The notes under the pieces were generated by a model, which was not told the DNA's origin, searched no databases, and saw only the letters and a list, made by a program, of their open reading frames with translations. 64,000 nt of DNA from an uncultured Poribacteria bacterium (lineage in GTDB: Bacteria; Poribacteria; WGA-4E; WGA-3G): the NCBI GenBank assembly GCA_958296135.2, contig CATQHZ020000001.1, positions 1,568,001 to 1,632,000 on the forward strand, read 5' to 3'. Of the stretch, positions 9,858-17,479 are shown one piece after another; the stretch's first letter is position 1; each line of letters opens with the position of its first letter. The position numbers and the translations under genes were made by a program.

Positions 9858-10530
9858 GGCCCGTAGGGCGCTGTCTTGTGCCTCGCCAGGCCGCGCGCGT
9901 CCCTTTTCCCGTAGGGCGCTGTCCTGTGCCTCGCCATGCAGCGATCGCATCAGAAAACGGCAGAAGCCCGGGGCCCCGCGACGGTTTTCGTAGCGGTCGG
10001 GAGATCGCGAGGGGAACCCTCGGCGATTCGCGATCGCCGGGCCCTCGCGCTACGGTAACAGCGGCTGTCCGCACCGTAGGGCGAGGTCCTGTGCCTCGCC
10101 ATGCTTGAGCGCATCAGAAAGCGTTCGCGGCCGTTGGGCTGCGGGCGTTTTTCCTATGGGTCGAGAGATCGCGGCGGACAGGCCGCCGCGCTACGGTGCA
10201 AGTGGCGTTTTTCGTGTCGTTGAAAACTCGCGGCGTGACGGCCCCCGCGCTACGGTGGTGAGACGCAAATCGGCCCCGCAGCCCGTAGGGCGAGGGCCTG
10301 TCCCTCGCCATGCTTGAGCGCATCAGAAAGCGTTCGCGGCCGTTGGGCTGCGGGCGTTTTTCCTATGGGTCGAGAGATCGCGGCGGACAGGCCGCCGCGC
10401 TACGGTGCAAGTGGCGTTTTTCGTAGCGGTCGGGGGATCGCGAGGGACAGGCCCTCGCGCTACGGTGAAAGGGCCGTTTTTCGTGTCGTTGAAAACTCGC
10501 GGCGTGACGGCCCCCGCGCTACGGTGCAAG
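9858..10530. repeat. Large REPIN array between convergent genes, including a direct repeat at 209-bp spacing
   Basis: Inverted REP pairs GTAGGGCGAGG..CCTCGCC / GCGGCGG..CCGCCGCGCTAC; the unit at 10075 recurs at 10284. Confidence 0.88.
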
Positions 10531-10557
10531 TGACCGTAGAAAGAAATTTCTTCGCCG

Positions 10558-12057
10558 CTACCTCCAAAAAAGCGGCAAAATGTGCGGCACTATCACCTTC
10601 TGGATAACCGTCAACGTCCCGAAAATGGAATAGAATCCCGCACACAAAACTAAGCCGATTTGTTTCCAGACCGGCGGTTGGATCTCCTTCGGTAAGAACT
10701 TCCGATTGACGTAGAGGGTGTGAAGCGAGGTAATCACGAGTAGGTAACCGCCGACTGTCGCTGATACCAAGATCATGAAAAACGGTTTGGCGAGATACAT
10801 CGCGATGACTCCCCACACGATGTAGACGACGAGGATCGGATAGTAAATCCACTTCGCGCCGTGTTCGCCCAGTTTGCGGCTGCTTTTAAACCCGGTCCAG
10901 ATAATATCGGTATACCGTCGCGGGACTCCGTCTACGCCGCCGAGTTGCGTTGAAAACAGCACCCAAAATCCGCATAGCAAGGTGAGATACCAGAGGGCTC
11001 TGCCGCCTTTTTCCGCGAGTCCTTCCGCTTGGAATGCTGCGGCAGACCACTGGTCGATCGCCTGTCCGGCAGGGACGAACGCTAGTGTCAGCATTGCCGG
11101 TAGCGCGAGCCCGACAAAGCAGCCGATCAGCCAGATGTAGTATTGCTCAAAGCGCGCGTATTTCCACCACTCGCGGAACCGTGCAAGGTTTTCGGGGGTA
11201 ATACGAAACACTTTTCCCCAGTGCGAGAGCGTCACATTTTGCCCGCCGATGATGGAAGGAATCGCGCCGACGAGACTGCTCATGCCCCATCCTTTGTCAC
11301 GGACATAGTTGGTAATGGTGACGTTGCCTAAGCCGCCACTCCCGGCATAAGCGGCGAACGCGCCGAGCAAAACCCAATCTACCTGTCCACCGTCGGTTGC
11401 CTGCGGCAACGCGCCGAAACTGAAGAAGCCTTTGACGACACTCCACCACACACTGGGCGGCACCAGAAACAGGTCGATGATGACGAGGTAGCCGAGGATC
11501 CAGACTACCATGAACAATTGCACCTTTTCCAGCGAGTTGTAAATCTTGCCGCCGAACAGCACAATGCCGAGACAGACGAAAAAGATGGCGAACGCGAAGA
11601 GGCGGACCGTGCCGCCATCGGCATCCTGCGGCATATAGCCTAACCATGCAGCGGCGAGTGCCGTTGCAGCTGTCATTGCCCAACCGGGCCAGATGCCGAA
11701 GAAGTCAACAGCGGAATAAAAAATTGCCCAGAACCGCGCGCCCGGCTTGCATCGCATGTAGCCGCTCAGCATCGGTTCGCCGGTATAGAGGGTATAGCGG
11801 ATCGCTTCGGTGTTGAGGACTGCCTGCAGCAAAATCGCGAAGGTGGCAATCCAGAGCAGACGGCCGCCATATTGTGCGGTAATCGCCGGCCCCAGCAGCC
11901 ATTCGCCGCTGCCGATGGAACCGCCTAAGGCGATGATGCCGGGTCCCAAAATGCTCCGAAATGCTTTTCCGAATTGATAACGAGGCGGCGCGGGGAGTTC
12001 CGCAACCTCCCAATCGGGAAGCGCGCCGCCGTGAACCCGTTCGTGTGTTTCTGCCAT
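10558..12057 (-). CDS. Nramp-like (APC superfamily) membrane transporter
   Basis: GPGIIALGGSIGSGEW motif and many transmembrane helices. Confidence 0.8.
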   Translation of the reverse strand: MAETHERVHGGALPDWEVAELPAPPRYQFGKAFRSILGPGIIALGGSIGSGEWLLGPAITAQYGGRLLWIATFAILLQAVLNTEAIRYTLYTGEPMLSGYMRCKPGARFWAIFYSAVDFFGIWPGWAMTAATALAAAWLGYMPQDADGGTVRLFAFAIFFVCLGIVLFGGKIYNSLEKVQLFMVVWILGYLVIIDLFLVPPSVWWSVVKGFFSFGALPQATDGGQVDWVLLGAFAAYAGSGGLGNVTITNYVRDKGWGMSSLVGAIPSIIGGQNVTLSHWGKVFRITPENLARFREWWKYARFEQYYIWLIGCFVGLALPAMLTLAFVPAGQAIDQWSAAAFQAEGLAEKGGRALWYLTLLCGFWVLFSTQLGGVDGVPRRYTDIIWTGFKSSRKLGEHGAKWIYYPILVVYIVWGVIAMYLAKPFFMILVSATVGGYLLVITSLHTLYVNRKFLPKEIQPPVWKQIGLVLCAGFYSIFGTLTVIQKVIVPHILPLFWR

Positions 12058-12061
12058 AGTG

Positions 12062-13090
12062 TTACCACTCCCAGAAAATTGCAACGTCTAACTTCTCAGC
12101 GATGCCCGCGAGGCTTTGGAGATGGTCGCGGTGGATAGGGATGCCGCTCTCGCGCCACTTGTCGTAGTTATTCCACTCAATTTCGCCGGGGAGGAACGCC
12201 TGCTCTACGCCTTCCGCCGTTTTCGAGGCGTGAATCTTGTCTATCCCGTGCTGAAGTTCGGCGACGTAGGCATCGTAATCCGTGAAACTAGAGACGTTTA
12301 TCGCCATAAAGAAGTGCTCCGAGGGATCGTCGGCTTTGTTGCATGCCATCAATCCGCCACACAAGGGCCCCGCCAAAATGCCCATGATGAGTGCCAAACC
12401 GTAGCCCCTTGGTCCTGCTGCGGGTGCGAGTAAACGGCTATTGCCCGGGTCATCGGTGGGTTGCCCTTTGTCGTCCAAAAGCCAACCTTTCGGAATCGGT
12501 TTGCCATACATCCGCAGTGTGCCGATTTTCCCCCAGGCGGATGCACCGCACGCCATGTCCAGCACAATCGGATGTCCATCGCCGATAGGCAGTGCGTAAC
12601 TCATCGCGTTGTTTGCCACGACTGCCTCTGCGCCGCCGGGTGCGGCTACGGAGGGATGCCCTGTGTTTGTCGTTGAAAACCCGATGAGTTGTTCGGATGC
12701 CGCCATGATGGAATAGCATCCCGCCGCCCCGAAATGCCCGGCGTTACGGACGCCCGCGGCGGCCACCCCGGTCACCTTTGCTTTCTCGATTGCTGTCTGC
12801 ATCGCGAGAGTGCTGGCGAGGTGTCCTATGCCGTTGTCGCCATCAACTACGGCGAAACCCGGTCCTTCCGTGATGATGCGCAGCTCTGGTTGAGGGTTCA
12901 TCTTTCCTTCAAGCACTTGGCTGAGGTATCCAGGTAAGGCGCGTGTGCCATGTGAATGCACGCCGCGCAGATCAGTTTGCACTTGCAGTTTCGCCATTTG
13001 TTCTGCGTCTTCGGGGCGGAGTCCTGCCTTGTCACAAAGCGTCCGGGCGAAATCGTGCAATTTCGTTGCGTCTACCACAATCTCCTGCAT
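12062..13090 (-). CDS. Malate/L-lactate (Ldh_2; AllD/ComC-like) oxidoreductase
   Basis: DLRGVHSHG, DGDNGIG, HFGAAG, LDMA and LPGEIE motifs. Confidence 0.9.
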   Translation of the reverse strand: MQEIVVDATKLHDFARTLCDKAGLRPEDAEQMAKLQVQTDLRGVHSHGTRALPGYLSQVLEGKMNPQPELRIITEGPGFAVVDGDNGIGHLASTLAMQTAIEKAKVTGVAAAGVRNAGHFGAAGCYSIMAASEQLIGFSTTNTGHPSVAAPGGAEAVVANNAMSYALPIGDGHPIVLDMACGASAWGKIGTLRMYGKPIPKGWLLDDKGQPTDDPGNSRLLAPAAGPRGYGLALIMGILAGPLCGGLMACNKADDPSEHFFMAINVSSFTDYDAYVAELQHGIDKIHASKTAEGVEQAFLPGEIEWNNYDKWRESGIPIHRDHLQSLAGIAEKLDVAIFWEW

Positions 13091-13293
13091 AAGAAGCTCC
13101 TGAATAGAGTGTTGCTTTAGTTTAGCAAAAATCGTTTTATGCGTCAAGCGGAAAATGGGAGGCGCAACAGAAAACCATCAGCGGCCCTCGCGCTACGGAG
13201 AAAAGGAAGGAAAGGGTTAGGATCAGGCAGGTGCAAACAAGGCGAGGGATAGGTTTCCCTCGCCCTGCGGATGAAAGGAGGGAAGGTGTGAAG

Positions 13294-13899
13294 TTAACGC
13301 GTGCCTTTCAACGCGCCCCACGTCGTCGTCACTTTACCTGCCGGTTCAACGGGAGTTGTTGACAATTCGCCGACGGTTTTGCGGAAATACACGTCATCTT
13401 CAACATCATTTGGGCCCACCCAGACCCAGAATGCTGTGGAGCCCGGGTCTTTCAGGGTTTGGCGCATCGTGTCTGCGCCGAAGCCCCAGATGCCCTCGCC
13501 AAACGGATCCAGTTGCGTGGCATTGTCCCAGCCGCTATCGTCAAAATCGGGTTGTTCCCATCCGTCGGTTCGCTCTTCGAGAGGAACACCGGCGTTCGCC
13601 TTCCAGGTATCGTCGGAGGGGATATACGTGCCATCGTCAAGGATGACATCGAACAAGGCACCGCCGCGTCCGGCGGCACCGGGTTCGGCATCGTGCACGT
13701 AGACAGCGATGACAGCGTACCCGTCGGGCATGTCAAACTCGGTGATGCTGGCTTGCTGCCAGTTGTCGCCTTCCGCGACTTGCTCGCCGTTGACGAAGCC
13801 TACCCAGGAATTATCGCCGTTGATACGTAGCGTCGCCGCCCACGGGCTCGTGGTGGCAATCGCTAAAATCAGCAGTGTTGCAACAAAAAGTTTTTTCAT
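13294..13899 (-). CDS. Secreted beta-sandwich (carbohydrate-binding-like) protein with C-terminal TTWG motif
   Basis: Signal peptide; GDN..VNG and WEQPDFDDSGW motifs; ends VEPAGKVTTTWGALK. Confidence 0.75.
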   Translation of the reverse strand: MKKLFVATLLILAIATTSPWAATLRINGDNSWVGFVNGEQVAEGDNWQQASITEFDMPDGYAVIAVYVHDAEPGAAGRGGALFDVILDDGTYIPSDDTWKANAGVPLEERTDGWEQPDFDDSGWDNATQLDPFGEGIWGFGADTMRQTLKDPGSTAFWVWVGPNDVEDDVYFRKTVGELSTTPVEPAGKVTTTWGALKGTR

Positions 13900-13982
13900 T
13901 GATGAATCTCCTTTTCAGTTTTATGCTAAATTGCGTTAGCGGCGAGTTCAGGCGAACTCGCCCTACAGAGAAGACCAGGAGG

Positions 13983-14618
13983 CTACCTTGCCTCCCGCTT
14001 AATTCGTGCCCACGTCGTCGCGAGCTTGTCTTGCGGTTCAACTGGGAGTGTGCCGACGGTGTAACGAAAATAAATGTCGTCTTCCGCGTCGTTTGGCCCG
14101 CACCACACCCAGAATGCCTCACAATCCGGGTCTTTCAGGATTTGGCGCATCTGTGCGGCACCGAAGCCCCAGATGCCGGCCCCGAATTGTTCGTAAATTT
14201 CAAGTTCGTCTTCCCATTTGCTATCGTCGAAGTCAACTTCTTCCCAGCCGTCCTTCCGGTCGGCGATAGGTTTGCCGGTATCACACCGCCAGCCTTCTTC
14301 GCCGGTGCCGATGTATTCCGGATCATCGTCAAGAATGATGTCGGCGAGAAACCCGCCTCTGCCAGCGGCACCGGGTTCTGCGTCGTGGACATAGATAGCA
14401 ATCAGGGCGAAGCCCTTGTCAAGTTTAAACTCGCTGACGGTGGGCTGCTGCCAATTGTTGTGGGCGGCGACTTCTTCGCCGTTGACAAACGCAACCCAGC
14501 TGTTATCGCCGCTGATGCGCAGAACGCCGTTTTTGGGTTCGGCGTTTGCAGCGGGGCTGAGAAGCATTCCAATGAGCAAGAGTGCGAGTGTTAAACGTCC
14601 CGTGAATTGGGTATTCAT
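13983..14618 (-). CDS. Paralog of 13294-13899; secreted beta-sandwich protein
   Basis: Shares GDNSWV, HDAEPGAAGRGG and GIWGFGA; ends VEPQDKLATTWARIK. Confidence 0.75.
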   Translation of the reverse strand: MNTQFTGRLTLALLLIGMLLSPAANAEPKNGVLRISGDNSWVAFVNGEEVAAHNNWQQPTVSEFKLDKGFALIAIYVHDAEPGAAGRGGFLADIILDDDPEYIGTGEEGWRCDTGKPIADRKDGWEEVDFDDSKWEDELEIYEQFGAGIWGFGAAQMRQILKDPDCEAFWVWCGPNDAEDDIYFRYTVGTLPVEPQDKLATTWARIKREAR

Positions 14619-14709
14619 AAAAACCTCCGTTTTTTGTTTTTTACTAGATTGTCCTGTCTATAGTTCGGGCTCGGGCGAGCTCAAACTACAGCGGAGCGAC
14701 AATTTAGCG

Positions 14710-16002
14710 TCATTTTGGATCAGGTATCATTTCAAATTCGCGATAGAGCGAGAGCAACCCATCGGCGGTATTGTCATTGAAGAGGCTCCGCGCGTAGGGT
14801 TCATAAGGCGCGTACTGCTCCTTAAAATAGTAGACGATGGATTCCTGTTTTGGTTCAACCTGATGTTTATCAATTGCTTCATATAAAGCGCGATAGGGTG
14901 GCCAGTGGCGTAATTGTTCGTGGAAGATGAGCTCTGCATCTGCGCCTGCATCGGCGTAAATCTTGCCTAAAGGCGTGAGCGCGTAGGTAACTCGCCTCCC
15001 TACCGGCTGTTTTTCAACCAGGCCGAGGATAGAGAGGTTATCTAACGCCTTGCGCACTCCGGTATCTCCTGTTTTCCAATCGCGTTCCTCCAACCACCTG
15101 CGAAGGATGCGGCGCGTCCGGTTTGGACAGGCGTTGACCGCGGCCGCCGTAATCTTCATCGCACTATAGACGCGGGCGGAATAGCCTAACAAAGTATCTT
15201 CCACCTGCCATGCCTCCCACAGGCTGAGTTCTGATTGCCGGTCGGCGATGTAGCGCGCTTCCTGCGTCTCTTGCAGGAACCGGAAATGCCCTGCGCCGAA
15301 TTGCGTCTGCGCAAGTCGGAGCCGCGGCAAACGGCGGAGCCACTTCTCCAATTCATTAGGAAAACAGATAAATTCGGGAAACCCCTCAAGCGTTTCAAAT
15401 TGGGGCTGTGAATCAAGTTGGAGGCGTGACTGATACTTCCCGGTGCCGCCGATGATGCAATTCCCTTCTATTCCAAAGGCATCTAACAGCACGGAGGCAT
15501 ATTTCTCACCGGGTGCGATTCGCGATAAAACGTGTGGACGTAGCGCGCGCCAATTGATGAGGAGAATCTCCAGTGACGGTTCCTGCCGTTGCCATTCGTG
15601 AACGCTTGCGTCAAACCCATTGAGAGAGACGCAGACGATGCCCCTGCACGCCAGGTCGTGGGCGGCTTGCAAGCGGCGTTCAATATGTAAATCCGAGAGA
15701 GTTGCAGCGCGTTTCTCGAAGAATTTCGCCTCCAATAGATAGCGGTTCTCGCCATCCCACAAAATCCCATCGCATTGATAGAGGGTGCCGGAATCGCCAT
15801 ACAGACAACTCGACCATTCCTTAACCTCCAAACTCCGCACGGAGTTGTAGTAGCTGAGGATGAGGTGTTCAAAGGCGATGCCGCGCTTTGATGGCGAAGA
15901 TGGCAACGCAATTTTCGGCACGTCTTCGCCTCTTAAGACGAAGGGGGCCGCATCCTCTTTCAGAGCGGTAAAGGCTGTGGGGTGTGCGTAGATATATGCC
16001 AT
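14710..16002 (-). CDS. PD-(D/E)XK restriction-endonuclease-fold protein with C-terminal winged-helix-like region
   Basis: GIAFE..CDGILW..LLEAK..VSLNGF nuclease core; LSILGLVEK..YALTPLG winged helix. Confidence 0.65.
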   Translation of the reverse strand: MAYIYAHPTAFTALKEDAAPFVLRGEDVPKIALPSSPSKRGIAFEHLILSYYNSVRSLEVKEWSSCLYGDSGTLYQCDGILWDGENRYLLEAKFFEKRAATLSDLHIERRLQAAHDLACRGIVCVSLNGFDASVHEWQRQEPSLEILLINWRALRPHVLSRIAPGEKYASVLLDAFGIEGNCIIGGTGKYQSRLQLDSQPQFETLEGFPEFICFPNELEKWLRRLPRLRLAQTQFGAGHFRFLQETQEARYIADRQSELSLWEAWQVEDTLLGYSARVYSAMKITAAAVNACPNRTRRILRRWLEERDWKTGDTGVRKALDNLSILGLVEKQPVGRRVTYALTPLGKIYADAGADAELIFHEQLRHWPPYRALYEAIDKHQVEPKQESIVYYFKEQYAPYEPYARSLFNDNTADGLLSLYREFEMIPDPK

Positions 16003-16026
16003 CGTTGATTTCCAAGGTTCCGCGCT

Positions 16027-16131
16027 GTAGGAGGGACCTCCTGGTCCCGATACCGCATGCATCGAGACAGGGAGGGCTCTCCTACTTCATCTGAGCCCGA
16101 ACAAGTCAAGACCGGGCGAACTCCACCTACA
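16027..16131. repeat. REP cluster
   Basis: gtaggagggacctcctggtcccgat with an inverted atcgagacagggagggctctcctac copy. Confidence 0.8.
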
Positions 16132-16155
16132 AGTTACGGACGGTTTTGCGTCGTC

Positions 16156-17043
16156 CTAGAGAGCCAACCGGCCGGCGAGGTCTGCCACGAACTGATAGGC
16201 GGCGCGCCCTGAGCGTCCACTTGAGGATGCCTCCCACTCTAACGCGGCGCGCCGTAACTCTGCCGGCGGAACGGAAAGCCCCCGTTTTTGTGCGTAATGC
16301 GAAACGATTTGTAAATAGGTATCCTGCGTAATCCGATAGAAAGCGAGGCGCAGACCGAACCGGTCGCTCAAGGAGACCTTCTCTTCGGTTGCCTCGCGTG
16401 GATAGAGCTCGTCTTCGTCGTTTTGCGGATATTGGTTCTCACGCACCTGTCGCGGCATTAAGTGCCGGCGATTGGAGGTGGCGTAAATCAGCACGTTATC
16501 GGGACAGGCGGCGATGCCGCCTTCCAGCATCGCCTTCAGTTCGCGATATTCGGGTTCGTCTTGGTTAAACGCCAGATCATCGCAGAAGAGGATGTATCGT
16601 TCCGGACGTTCCCACAGCAGTTCTGCGATATCCTGCAGGTGCGCGAGCCCCTCTTTCCCGATGCCGATGAGACGGAGTCCATCGTCGGCATAGCGCGCCA
16701 ACATCGCTTTCACGAGAGAGGATTTGCCGGTGCCTCTGTCTCCCCAGAGGAGGGCGTGGTTTGCGGGGAGTCCTCGTAGAAATTGCCGCGTATTCCGATC
16801 TAACGCCGTGCATTGTGCGTCTATCCCGATGAGGTCTGCGCTATCAACGAGGTGCGGGTGTTTCACCGGTACGAGCGTTTGTGTTCGCCACCGAAAGGCG
16901 ATGTAATCGTCAAGGCAACCGTCGGTGCTGGCGGTTTGCGCGTCCAAACGGGTTAGCAGACTATCCGCTTTTTCCAGCAGTTGCGTGAAAAGGGGGAAGA
17001 TGTCCTCCGGATTCGCATTTTTCGTTTCAGATTCAATAGACAT
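16156..17043 (-). CDS. DUF815-family AAA+ ATPase
   Basis: Walker A WGDRGTGKSS; FCDDL, YATSNRRHL and SLSDRFGL motifs. Confidence 0.9.
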   Translation of the reverse strand: MSIESETKNANPEDIFPLFTQLLEKADSLLTRLDAQTASTDGCLDDYIAFRWRTQTLVPVKHPHLVDSADLIGIDAQCTALDRNTRQFLRGLPANHALLWGDRGTGKSSLVKAMLARYADDGLRLIGIGKEGLAHLQDIAELLWERPERYILFCDDLAFNQDEPEYRELKAMLEGGIAACPDNVLIYATSNRRHLMPRQVRENQYPQNDEDELYPREATEEKVSLSDRFGLRLAFYRITQDTYLQIVSHYAQKRGLSVPPAELRRAALEWEASSSGRSGRAAYQFVADLAGRLAL

Positions 17044-17056
17044 ACGTAAATTGATT

Positions 17057-17251
17057 TCACCTTTCAGTGGGATTGAAGATCCGCTTCAGCCATCGCTCAA
17101 TCTCAGACTCTTTGGCCTCAGCCTCTTTGGCAATTGCCTTCAACAGCCACATGCCGCCCCATCTGAGCCCTAATGCTATCGTTAGTGCGCCTAGGACTAT
17201 CCAAACAGGTGCAGTTATCAATAGAGTTACCAATGATGCGATTGTTTCCAT
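17057..17251 (-). CDS. Small single-pass membrane protein, hypothetical
   Basis: Hydrophobic N-terminus; RBS gaggg; lies just upstream of the DUF815 gene. Confidence 0.5.
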   Translation of the reverse strand: METIASLVTLLITAPVWIVLGALTIALGLRWGGMWLLKAIAKEAEAKESEIERWLKRIFNPTER

Positions 17252-17479
17252 TGATTATGCCCTCCCTTATGCAATTTATCACAAAGCGTTGACTATATTT
17301 TACCACATTTTGTGGTGTGATGTCAACACATTTTTGCAATTGCCCAATATTGTGCAGCGTCACATAGAGTGTGTCCGTTTCCGTGCAAATGTCGCTGTAT
17401 TTCGCCGTGGCAGGGTTGGCATATAAATTGCAATGCAATTCTTATCAAAACATGTTTCCGAGAAGAGAGAAACTCACTC

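Noticed and set aside
9858-10530. Possible CRISPR array (also 5893-6060)
   Set aside because: The repeats are degenerate and in both orientations, the spacers are themselves repeated, and there are no cas genes. This fits REP/REPIN elements.
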